A DNA stretch of 28,715 bases from NCBI GenBank assembly GCA_040260805.1, contig JBDQPD010000040.1, forward strand, positions 1 to 28,715, read 5' to 3'. The stretch's first letter is position 1; each line of letters opens with the position of its first letter. This DNA is from Myxococcota bacterium (GTDB lineage: Bacteria > Myxococcota > UBA4151). Below the pieces are notes generated by a model. That model had not been told where the DNA came from and did not search any database. It was given only the letters and a program-made list of their open reading frames with translations. Positions 8,729-17,279 of the stretch are shown piece after piece. The position numbers and the translations under genes are program-made.

Positions 8729-9831
8729 CGGCAGCCGTGCGCGTCTCGGACGGCCTCGATCTCAGCCAGTAGGTCTTGGTCTTCGACCAAGGTCTTGATG
8801 GCGTCGTCACGGATGCCGAGCTGATCCATATCCTCGGTTAAGCCCAGATAGAGCCAAGCGCGACCCCATAAGGTGAGGATGGACTCACGCCAGCACGGAT
8901 CACTCAATATGAACTCATAAGCGCCAGGATAGTCTTCACGCGCCATGTGCAGATAGCGTTGGACCCACCACAGGTTGGTGAGGATGCCGTCTCGACCCGA
9001 AATTGAGCCGCGGTAACGGTCATTCAAAGCGTAGTTGGTCGCGATACTGTTCACGTACTGAAAGGCTTCTTCCATCAGCATATTAAAGCCCTGATCGCCG
9101 CTGTCGAAGTTGTCGTCGTCGGGGTCCCCGTTGAGGTAGATGTTGGCGTAGGTGTCGCAGTTGTCGCCGCGGTCACAAGGTGGGCGCTCGCCTGAGAAGC
9201 GATCATTGCGGATGCGGCTTCGAGCGAAGGTGAGTCCTCGTCGCTCGGTCGTGTCGCCTTGAGCGCAGCTGATCGTGAGGTCTTCACGGACGTAGTAGAT
9301 GTTGCGTCCTTGGCTCCAGCCGAGCCCGATATCGAGAAAGTGACCGCATTCGTGAACAAAGGTTCCAATTTGGCGGTCGATGGCGCTGGGGCTGCTTTGA
9401 TCGCGGATGAACGCATCCATGCAGTCACCTAACTGTTCAGGCGCCTCGATCAGGGCTTGTTCCACGATCGTCCAACCTAAGGGGTAACGACGTCTCAAGG
9501 CGCCCTCGACATAGGCTCGCCAGTTCGCGGGGCTGTAGGATTGCGTCACCTCATTCAGGTCAACCTCTGGTGTCGGCAGCGTCTCGCGATACTGACCATC
9601 GAGGCATTGCTCATCGATCAAAGGACTGTCGGGTCCGACGGCGCCGGCATCGACTGCGGGGACCCCGCTGTCAGCAACTGGCGTTGAGCCCGCGTCTTGA
9701 GCGGCTGCACCGGAATCGTTAGAGCCGCTGGCGTTGCCGGCATCTCTGGAGCCTCTGCCCCCAGAGTTGGAGGGCGCAGGGGGACCGCAAGCGGTCATCA
9801 AAAGACTCACGACAAGGGCACGAATAATCAT
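8725..9831 (-). CDS. Lipoprotein with zincin-like HExxH motif (putative metallopeptidase)
   Basis: ATG 9831 overlaps the ALDH stop. Lipobox LMTA-C15, DAG/DSG-rich linker, FVHECGH at 9340-9354 and a downstream EEAFQY that could supply a third zinc ligand. Confidence 0.75.
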   Translation of the reverse strand: MIIRALVVSLLMTACGPPAPSNSGGRGSRDAGNASGSNDSGAAAQDAGSTPVADSGVPAVDAGAVGPDSPLIDEQCLDGQYRETLPTPEVDLNEVTQSYSPANWRAYVEGALRRRYPLGWTIVEQALIEAPEQLGDCMDAFIRDQSSPSAIDRQIGTFVHECGHFLDIGLGWSQGRNIYYVREDLTISCAQGDTTERRGLTFARSRIRNDRFSGERPPCDRGDNCDTYANIYLNGDPDDDNFDSGDQGFNMLMEEAFQYVNSIATNYALNDRYRGSISGRDGILTNLWWVQRYLHMAREDYPGAYEFILSDPCWRESILTLWGRAWLYLGLTEDMDQLGIRDDAIKTLVEDQDLLAEIEAVRDAHGCR

Positions 9832-11267
9832 CAGCTCTGCTCCAACCATCGACTGCGAATAACGATCTGCTTCTCGACGCTTTGCTCAGCCAGCGCGTGG
9901 GCGAACCCGCCGACGCCGAGGCCTGCGTGTCGATGACCACCAAATGGCATCCAATCGACCCGAAAGGCGGTGTGATCATTAACCAAAACGCAGGTCGCCG
10001 CTAGCCTCTCAGCGGCATAAAGGCAGGTTTCGATGGACTCTGAACAGACCGCTGAGTGAAAGGTGAAGGGCAGCGCATTAGCCGCCTCGATCGCCTCATC
10101 AAGGTCGCTAAAGGGCACCAAGATAACCACCGGTCCAAAGACCTCTTGGGTGCATAATTCCGAGCTCGGGTTGGGGTTGAGGACGACCGTGGGTGCGTAG
10201 CTGTTCGGCGCGACAGGGGTACCGCCACAGATCAGCGTCCCGCCGCTTTGGTGGACCCATTGATGAACCCGCTCAAGCGCCGCTTGGGAGATCATCGGTC
10301 CGATCTGGGTTGCCTCGTCGTCCGGTGCGCCCAGCCGATAGCTTTGGGCGCATTCGCTGAGGTCCTTGGCAAAGTTTTCGATCAGGCTCTCGTGCACGTA
10401 GATCCTCTGAACGGAGACGCAGACCTGACCCGCATGGTAAAATGCGCCGCGCGCTAACCTCGGGATCAAGTCATCAAGACAAGCATCTTTCGCCACAACA
10501 ACCGGCGCCACCCCGCCATGCTCCAGCGCGCAGCGAGCGCCTGGAGCGAGTAGCCCGCGCAGGCGCCAGCCTACGTCGGCGCTGCCAATAAACGAAAAGA
10601 AGGCGACGTGTGGACTCGCGACCGCTCGCTCGGCGGTCTCGAGGTCTTGGGTGTGAACGATCTGCGCCCAGTCGCGTGGGAGCCCCGCCTGGTGCAGCAA
10701 ATCGACGACGTTATGACACGATATCGGGGTGCGCTCTGACGGCTTGATCACCACGGGGCAGCCGGCGGCGAGTGCGCTGCAGACCTGATGAACGATCAGA
10801 TTCACTGGGTGATTGAATGCGCTGTAGGCGAGCACCACGCCGATCGGTGATCGCTTGGTAAAGGCGCTACGACCTCGAGACGACGCGCCCAAGCCCATGG
10901 GGGTGACGCTTCCGGTCTCTGCGCGCACCGCCTGAATACACCAGCGCAAGCCCTCGATCGCTCGTGCCACCTCGACGCGCGAATCGACTAAGGGCTTGCC
11001 GCCCTCTAGCGCAGCCTCAAGCGCTAGGCGCTCTTGGTTGGCTTCAAACAAGCGAACAGCAGCCTCAAAGATAGCCAACCGCTTTGGTTTATCGAGCCGT
11101 TGGTCGGGCGCCAGGTGCAGCTCATGGGCCCGCTTGAGCGCTCGCTCCATGCCCTGATCGTCGAGGGTTTGGGCTTCGGCGAGCGAGGCGCCGTCGTAGG
11201 GGGATTCGACGCGCAACCTTGTGTTTGAAAAGGGTGCGAGTTCAGGATTGAGCGTCAGCTGGCGCAC
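9831..11267 (-). CDS. Aldehyde dehydrogenase, ALDH21/RL0313-like subgroup
   Basis: AFNHPVNL, KPSERTP, FIGS, APGARCALEHGG (EHGG in place of ELGG), catalytic Cys in HAGQVCVS, EVFGPV and DWMPFGG. GTG start at 11267 follows GGAG. Confidence 0.9.
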   Translation of the reverse strand: MRQLTLNPELAPFSNTRLRVESPYDGASLAEAQTLDDQGMERALKRAHELHLAPDQRLDKPKRLAIFEAAVRLFEANQERLALEAALEGGKPLVDSRVEVARAIEGLRWCIQAVRAETGSVTPMGLGASSRGRSAFTKRSPIGVVLAYSAFNHPVNLIVHQVCSALAAGCPVVIKPSERTPISCHNVVDLLHQAGLPRDWAQIVHTQDLETAERAVASPHVAFFSFIGSADVGWRLRGLLAPGARCALEHGGVAPVVVAKDACLDDLIPRLARGAFYHAGQVCVSVQRIYVHESLIENFAKDLSECAQSYRLGAPDDEATQIGPMISQAALERVHQWVHQSGGTLICGGTPVAPNSYAPTVVLNPNPSSELCTQEVFGPVVILVPFSDLDEAIEAANALPFTFHSAVCSESIETCLYAAERLAATCVLVNDHTAFRVDWMPFGGHRHAGLGVGGFAHALAEQSVEKQIVIRSRWLEQS

Positions 11268-11388
11268 GATGGTTTCTCCACTTTGCCTGTCGCCGGAGCG
11301 TCGCCTCTCGTCAACCATACGACCTATCGACCTTGCCTTGTAGGCGTGGAAGATGTCATCCGAACCCCCTGATCTGGGAGAGACGATT

Positions 11389-13098
11389 ATGGCTTCACCA
11401 CAGTTTCCCGAACCGCCCTCACATATGGAAGCGACGCCGCTTGATGCCTGTGATCAGGCGCTTGAAGAGCTACACTCAGGAGCCGCTCAGTGGGCTGCTT
11501 TGAGCGCAAAGTCTCGAGCGAGTGTGCTGCGTGAATGCATGAAGACCTTACTCGCCGAGCAAGACGCATGGGTCGCCTCAGCGACCGCCGCCAAGGGGCA
11601 CGCCAAAGGCAGCGGTGGAGAGGGCGAGGAGCTGGTTAATGGCGTGATGACCGTGATGCGCAACCTGCGCTTATTCGCTCACGCGCTCGATCACGGTGGT
11701 CAGCCGCCCTTGCCAGCGGTCACCACCCGACAAGATGGTCAAAAGGTGGTGCGCGTCTTTCCGGCGAGCGTTCAAGATAAGGTCTTGCTCACGGGGTACA
11801 GCGCTGAGGTCTGGATTGAGCCCGGACAGGAGCCGACCCAGGGCGCGGTCTACCGCCGCAAAGCGTCGGGTCAGCAGGCCCAAGGTGCGGTGTCTTTGGT
11901 GCTCGGTGCAGGCAATCAAGCGTCGATCGGTCCGATGGACGTTCTGCACAAGCTAGTGATCGAAGATGAGGTCTGCATTTTAAAGATGAACCCAGTGAAC
12001 GATTATCTGGGCCCGCACATCCTCAGAGCGCTCAAGCCGCTGGTGGACCGCAAGTGTTTGCGGGTCGTGTACGGTGGCGCCGAGGTCGGGCAGCATCTTT
12101 GCAACCATGACCTAGTGCACAGCATCCACATCACGGGCTCGGAGCGCACGCACGACGCCATCGTATGGGGTGGCGATGAAGAGGAGATGGCCCAGCGTAA
12201 AGCAAGCGGCGCACGCCAGAACTCGAAACCGATCAGCAGTGAGCTCGGAGCGGTCAGCCCCATCATGGTGGTTCCAGGAGCCTGGAGCGCAGCAGACATT
12301 GAGTTCCAGTCGCGCCAGATCGCATCGATGATCGTGCAAAACGCCAGCTTTAACTGCAACGCAGGCAAGGTGCTGATTTTAGCCGAGGGCTGGGATCAAA
12401 AGCAGGCCTTTCTCGACGCGGTTCGCCAGCGCTTGGTGGAGGCGCCCTTACGCCGGTCTTATTATCCAGGCGCTCAGGACCGTTATCAGGCTTTTCTCGA
12501 TGAGTACCCCCAAGCCGAGCCCTTGGGCGAACGCAGCGACCAGGTGGTCCCTTGGACGATCATCCAAGGGGTCGGCACAGGGCCCGCCGAGTACGCCACC
12601 AAAACAGAAGCATTCTGCGGCATCCTGGCGGTGGTTGAATTGCCCGCTACCGAACCCTCGGATTACCTCTCGCAAGCGGTACGCTTTAGCAACGAGACGA
12701 TGTGGGGCACCCTGAGCTGCAACCTGATCGTCCACCCCAAGACCGAGTCGGCGCTGGGCAATCAAGTGGATCAAGCCATCGCTGATCTTCGCTATGGCGC
12801 CATCGGCGTCAACTGCTGGTCAGGTTTAGTTTACGGGCTGTGCAACACGACGTGGGGGGCTTTCCCCGGTCACTCCCTTGAGGACATCCAAAGCGGTCGC
12901 GGGACGGTCCACAACACCTTCTTATTGGATCACCCGCAAAAGAGCGTCGCCAGAGCGCCGTGGCGTATCAAGCCGACGGCGGCATGGTTCGTAGACCACA
13001 AGAACCTGCCCGCTTTAGGCAGCAAGCTGGTCGACTTTGAAGCTCAGCCGAGCTGGTTCAAGATCCCTGGAATCGCTCGCGCCGCCTTCAAGGGCTAA
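11389..13098 (+). CDS. Aldehyde dehydrogenase superfamily protein (uncharacterised group)
   Basis: LVLGAGN, LKMNPVN, HITGS, SELGAVSP, catalytic Cys in NASFNC, EAFCG and LRYGAIGVN. ATG 11389 after GGGAGAG (the ORF track begins at 11353). Confidence 0.88.
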   Translation: MASPQFPEPPSHMEATPLDACDQALEELHSGAAQWAALSAKSRASVLRECMKTLLAEQDAWVASATAAKGHAKGSGGEGEELVNGVMTVMRNLRLFAHALDHGGQPPLPAVTTRQDGQKVVRVFPASVQDKVLLTGYSAEVWIEPGQEPTQGAVYRRKASGQQAQGAVSLVLGAGNQASIGPMDVLHKLVIEDEVCILKMNPVNDYLGPHILRALKPLVDRKCLRVVYGGAEVGQHLCNHDLVHSIHITGSERTHDAIVWGGDEEEMAQRKASGARQNSKPISSELGAVSPIMVVPGAWSAADIEFQSRQIASMIVQNASFNCNAGKVLILAEGWDQKQAFLDAVRQRLVEAPLRRSYYPGAQDRYQAFLDEYPQAEPLGERSDQVVPWTIIQGVGTGPAEYATKTEAFCGILAVVELPATEPSDYLSQAVRFSNETMWGTLSCNLIVHPKTESALGNQVDQAIADLRYGAIGVNCWSGLVYGLCNTTWGAFPGHSLEDIQSGRGTVHNTFLLDHPQKSVARAPWRIKPTAAWFVDHKNLPALGSKLVDFEAQPSWFKIPGIARAAFKG

Positions 13099-15437
13099 AA
13101 GCAGTTCCGCTGGATCCGAGTCAGTTGCGTGAGCTGCTGGTTGTCGTCCGTTAGACGCAACGTGTTGGCGTCTGGCATGGCGGCAGCATAGAACAAGGGT
13201 CGCTGGTTTCCGCCAGGCGTCATGGTCAGCAGGTTGCCCGCAAGCTCGTAGGTGCCCTCGAGCTCGACGCCGCACTCGTTCGTATTCGAGAGCTTCTTGA
13301 AGGCGTTGTTGGCGCCAAACGCAAAGCCCGTATTGCCCTGTGCTTGCCACGTACCCAGCAGCTGTTGGGCGTCGAGTTCCTCAGGGGGCGGGGGGCCATC
13401 GTTGCGCGTGTGGCAATCGGATTCTAATCTCGTATAGGTCACCTCTCGCCCGTTGATGATCACGGTGAAGCTGTCGGCGTTTGCCGAACGGAACGGTTGG
13501 CGTCGCTCATCGACCCCGCCTTGGTCGTCGGTGTAGAGACGCTCAAGGGTTGGAGGTTCTGCCAGCAGACGAAACGAGAATGAGGCTTGAACGAGGCAAG
13601 TCTCTAGGGCGCTGATCTCTTGACCCAGGTTGCCGATGTTGTCGCGGCGAAAGGCAAGGGTCGGTTGGTTCTCGTTCACCGTGCCCCAGGTCCCGATGAT
13701 GTTGAATTGCAGCTCTTGCTCGGCGCCAGCGTTGTGACAGTTTTGTTCGCTTCGGCGGTAGGTGACCGCTTCGCCTTCGATGGTGAGCGCAAAGCTGTCG
13801 TCGCTGATGCGTCTAAACGGGTGGGGTACACGAACCATCTGGTTGTTCCGGTTCATGATCACGACAAACTCAGGGGGATCACCGCTCAGGGTGTAGGAGA
13901 AGCCCTCACCAGCGATGCAGCCTTCAACATTGGTCAGGTACTGCCCAAAGAAGCCTTGGTCGTCGCGGTTGAGCGAGAGGGCGCGGTGCGGACCGTCGGT
14001 GATCCATGTGCCCACGATCGGGTAGTCGAGCGGCACGCCGGCTTCACCTCCACCGGTGTGGCAGTTGGCGGTGGTTTTTGAATAGCGCCAGGTGACGCCA
14101 TCTTTGGTGATCGCAAAAGCGCCGGGGCCCGAAGCCCTGAACTCGTAGCTGTCGACCTGGGGTTGCTGGTTGGGATTGGGGACGCCTTCCGGGTCACGAT
14201 AGATCTCAAGTCGGGGCGGGCCGTCGGCTAAGCGGTAGCTAAACACCTCGGTCATCGCGCAGGTCTGGACGGATTGAACCGACATCCCAGCATTTTGCTC
14301 TGAGAAGGCAAAGTCGGGCGCTCCGTCATCTTCGGAGGTCCAAGTTCCGATGATATCGTAGTCAAGGTCCTGAGGCATGTCATCGCCGTGGCAGTTCTGC
14401 TCTGCCCGGGTGTAGACGACCTCAAGCCCTTCTTTGGTCAGCGCAAAGCTGTTCTCGTCGATCGCTCGGAACTGGTGAACCAACGCCGGGTCCTCCTCTG
14501 AGCTCCCGACAAGGATCAACTCGGCAGGCGCCGAGGTCAGCGCGAACTGCCGGGTGTCGCTCGCCGTACACTCAGCCAAGTTCGTGATGATCTTCGCCTC
14601 TTGCGCCATCGTGAACGCGTAGGTGGGCTGATCTTGAACGGACGGTGTCCAGGTTCCGACAATATTGTATTCGTTGGGGCGTTGTTCGCAGTTCTCTTCA
14701 GCACGAATCCAGCGCTGCGGATCGCCGCCCTCTACCCGCATCTCAAGGTTGCCATCCTCTTGAAGAGCGACTTGGAAGATCTGCTCTTGCTCACCGATTC
14801 GAATCCGAAGCTCCAAACCGACGAGTGCCCACTGACCGATCTGGGCTTGGGTGCACTCTGCCACGTTGTCGCTGCGCACGTAGCGACCCATCTGGCTTAG
14901 GATGTGACCGTTCTCGCCCTGTCCTTCAACTCGCCAGGTGGCGGTGAGGATTTCTTGAAGGCTTCCGTTGTCCTCCGGCTGCTCGCACGCAGGCTCGACA
15001 CGAGTCAGCGCCATCATCTCCATGCCTTCGGGGGTGATCTCTAGGGCGTTGCCCTCGACCTTGTACAGCTGGGGTCGACCGGGCTGCTCACCGATCGTGA
15101 TCGTGAGCTGGTCTCCTTCGACGCTCCAAGTGCCTTGGTTGGCGACCTGACATTCAGCGACACCCGAATAAATAGCGGCCTTGCCATCGATGTAGAACGA
15201 GACCCCATCGACCCCTGAGCCTTCCATCGGCGCAGTGAATCGCCAGGTGCCTAAAATCGCATTGTCCGGCTCGACCACTGGGGGTGCCCCGGAATCAGCG
15301 ACAGCTGCGCCGGCGTCACCAGCAGGAGCCACCACACCAGCGTCTGCCGAGGGGGCGGGGTTGTTGTCGGAGTCTGAACATCCACTGCACGAGGCGGTGA
15401 GAAGCAGGAAGGGTAGCGCAAGTACAAAGCGACGCAT
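13095..15437 (-). CDS. Lipoprotein with seven tandem ~105-aa lipocalin-like (GxW) beta-domains
   Basis: ATG 15437 after GGAG. Signal MRRFVLALPFLLLTAS-C and a DAG linker. Seven units start with (I/L)(I/V/L)GTW or TATW and end with (Y/L/W)xR/K-x3-4-C. The first 149 codons of the 929-aa ORF call are probably untranslated. Confidence 0.85.
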   Translation of the reverse strand: MRRFVLALPFLLLTASCSGCSDSDNNPAPSADAGVVAPAGDAGAAVADSGAPPVVEPDNAILGTWRFTAPMEGSGVDGVSFYIDGKAAIYSGVAECQVANQGTWSVEGDQLTITIGEQPGRPQLYKVEGNALEITPEGMEMMALTRVEPACEQPEDNGSLQEILTATWRVEGQGENGHILSQMGRYVRSDNVAECTQAQIGQWALVGLELRIRIGEQEQIFQVALQEDGNLEMRVEGGDPQRWIRAEENCEQRPNEYNIVGTWTPSVQDQPTYAFTMAQEAKIITNLAECTASDTRQFALTSAPAELILVGSSEEDPALVHQFRAIDENSFALTKEGLEVVYTRAEQNCHGDDMPQDLDYDIIGTWTSEDDGAPDFAFSEQNAGMSVQSVQTCAMTEVFSYRLADGPPRLEIYRDPEGVPNPNQQPQVDSYEFRASGPGAFAITKDGVTWRYSKTTANCHTGGGEAGVPLDYPIVGTWITDGPHRALSLNRDDQGFFGQYLTNVEGCIAGEGFSYTLSGDPPEFVVIMNRNNQMVRVPHPFRRISDDSFALTIEGEAVTYRRSEQNCHNAGAEQELQFNIIGTWGTVNENQPTLAFRRDNIGNLGQEISALETCLVQASFSFRLLAEPPTLERLYTDDQGGVDERRQPFRSANADSFTVIINGREVTYTRLESDCHTRNDGPPPPEELDAQQLLGTWQAQGNTGFAFGANNAFKKLSNTNECGVELEGTYELAGNLLTMTPGGNQRPLFYAAAMPDANTLRLTDDNQQLTQLTRIQRNCF
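13098..15260 (-). repeat. Seven protein-level tandem repeats, each with a conserved Cys pair
   Basis: GTW/ATW motifs near 15250, 14940, 14655, 14345, 14010, 13690 and 13350, spaced about 290-340 nt apart. Confidence 0.85.
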
Positions 15438-15446
15438 CAGATATTT

Positions 15447-15581
15447 CTCCAAAGGAGGTGCTACACAATAACGGATTTCAACAGGTTCGACCACCTGGCT
15501 ATGCCAGGTACTCTCGCACCCGATCTCCAGGGTGGTCACGCTGACAATTTTCGCTCCGCAATCTGAGCCCTTCAGACCGGA
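15447..15581 (-). ncRNA. Candidate structured cis-regulatory leader RNA of the repeat lipoprotein gene (family unassigned)
   Basis: Hairpin A at 15555-15581. Hairpin B at 15489-15537 has a GAGA (GNRA) tetraloop and G-U pairs that form only on the minus strand. An anti-SD sequence CACCUCCUUU directly precedes the SD GGAG. Confidence 0.35.
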
Positions 15582-15786
15582 CAGGTCGCAAGTTAACGCC
15601 TTAACCAACGCACTTAGGGAGCGGAAGATTCCATACGAATCCTCATCATCGCCAATGACCTTGGGCGCTCGGCGCACGCTGCAGCCTTCGTGGCGATGCG
15701 AGCACAGCTCGCCAACTCGATCCGCTAAACGCCGGCCTAGCCAAGGTGTCGAGCGGCCGTTATGCGGCGCTCCGACGGGAGGCTCC

Positions 15787-16305
15787 GTGGGTACAATACT
15801 GGTGCAAGACCAAGCCCTTGAAGATCTGATCGGCCGCTGGTGCACCGATCTCGAGGCACTCGTTTCCGACGATCTGGTGATCATTGGAATTCGTACCGGC
15901 GGCGAAGCGCTCGCCGAGCAAGCCTTATTGCACCTTCGAGCCGCTGGTAAGCACGTCGATTTCGGGCTGCTGGATATTGCCCTTTACCGCGATGATCACG
16001 GTCTTCGGACCGGCGTCCCTCGCGTGCTCGGCACTGATATACCCCACGATATCGATGATCGAGAGATCCTTTTAGTGGACGATGTGTTCTACACAGGGCG
16101 CACGATCCGAGCGGCTCTGAGCCGGCTCAGCGACTTGGGCAGACCTCGTTGCGTTCGGCTCGCCACCTTAGCTCGAAGACCTGGCCATCAGGTGCCGATT
16201 AGTCCTGACGTGGTCGGGATTGAGCTGACCGACCCGGGTCGGTCGCATCGGGTCAGTCTGGATCTGACGGGTCGTCGACTCACCCTGGAGGACGGTCAGC
16301 GATGA
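15787..16305 (+). CDS. pyrR: PyrR-like protein (pyrimidine regulator / uracil phosphoribosyltransferase fold), divergent
   Basis: GIRTGG, G.LDI.LYRDD and the PRPP motif LLVDDVFYTGRTIRAAL followed by DLGRP. GTG start after GGAGG. Overlaps pyrB (ATGA). Confidence 0.9.
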   Translation: MGTILVQDQALEDLIGRWCTDLEALVSDDLVIIGIRTGGEALAEQALLHLRAAGKHVDFGLLDIALYRDDHGLRTGVPRVLGTDIPHDIDDREILLVDDVFYTGRTIRAALSRLSDLGRPRCVRLATLARRPGHQVPISPDVVGIELTDPGRSHRVSLDLTGRRLTLEDGQR

Positions 16306-17279
16306 AGCCAGTCTCTTTGATTGATCCGAGCGCTGCGCTGCGATCGGACCGCAGCGGCTGGCCTACGCATCTCCTGAGCTGCGACGGGCTCTCCACGGAC
16401 GCCGTCGAGCAGCTGTTCACCACGGCGCGTGAGATGCGCCAAGTGGGACGTCGCAGGGTCAAAAAATTACCGACCTTGCGTGGGCGAACCATCATTAACG
16501 CGTTCTTTGAAAACAGCACCCGAACCCGCGTGAGCTTTGAGCTCGCCGGCAAGCGGATGGGCGCTGACGTGATCAACTTTTCGGCCTCGGGATCGTCAGC
16601 GGCTAAGGGCGAGACCTTGGGCGATACGGCGCGGACATTAGACGCCATGAACCCCGACCTGATCGTCGTGCGCCATGGCGCCGGGGGGGCGCCCTGGTTT
16701 CTCGCTGAGCGCCTGAGCTGCTCGGTGGTCAATGCCGGCGATGGAATTAACGAGCATCCCACTCAGGCCTTGCTCGATGCTTTTACGCTGACCGAGCACC
16801 TTGGCGACCTCAAGGGGCGCAAGATCCTGATCGTTGGAGATATTGCGCACAGCCGAGTCGCTCGATCCAACATTCACCTGCTCTCGACGCTCGGCGCTGA
16901 GGTGACCTGCGTGGCGCCTTCGACGATGATCCCTGCGGGGTTCACTGAGGCGTTGCCAGCAAAGTGGCACCCGAATCTTGATGACCTGATCGAAACCGCA
17001 GACGCGGTGATGATGCTTCGAATCCAGCGCGAGCGGATGAAGCAGTCGCTGTTTCCTCAGGATCGAGAGTTCTCAATTCGCTTTGGGCTGAACCCAGCGC
17101 GCGCAGCGCGCCTGCCCGATCATGCGATCATCATGCACCCCGGGCCGATCAACCGCGGGGTTGAGATCGACCCCTCGGTGGCTGACGGTCGCCGTGCGGT
17201 GATTTTGGACCAGGTTGAGAATGGCGTTGCGCTGCGCATGGCGATTGGATTTTTATTGCTCGGAGGATCTTCCGAATGA
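16302..17279 (+). CDS. pyrB: Aspartate carbamoyltransferase catalytic subunit
   Basis: FFENSTRTRVSFE, KGETL.DT, NAGDG..EHPTQALLD, GDIAHSRVARSN, LRIQRER and HPGPINRG. Confidence 0.97.
   Translation: MKPVSLIDPSAALRSDRSGWPTHLLSCDGLSTDAVEQLFTTAREMRQVGRRRVKKLPTLRGRTIINAFFENSTRTRVSFELAGKRMGADVINFSASGSSAAKGETLGDTARTLDAMNPDLIVVRHGAGGAPWFLAERLSCSVVNAGDGINEHPTQALLDAFTLTEHLGDLKGRKILIVGDIAHSRVARSNIHLLSTLGAEVTCVAPSTMIPAGFTEALPAKWHPNLDDLIETADAVMMLRIQRERMKQSLFPQDREFSIRFGLNPARAARLPDHAIIMHPGPINRGVEIDPSVADGRRAVILDQVENGVALRMAIGFLLLGGSSE

Noticed and set aside
15574..15587. AGACCGGACAGGTC, resembling a PyrR-binding loop (ARUCCNGNGAGGYU)
   Set aside because: Three mismatches break the consensus stem and loop, and there is no downstream terminator or antiterminator. 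It also overlaps a better minus-strand hairpin.
15438..15884. N-terminal 149 codons of the 929-aa minus ORF and the first 85 codons of the 257-aa plus ORF, which would imply overlapping genes
   Set aside because: Better starts with RBS and recognisable N-termini lie at 15437 and 15787. The extensions are not protein-like.
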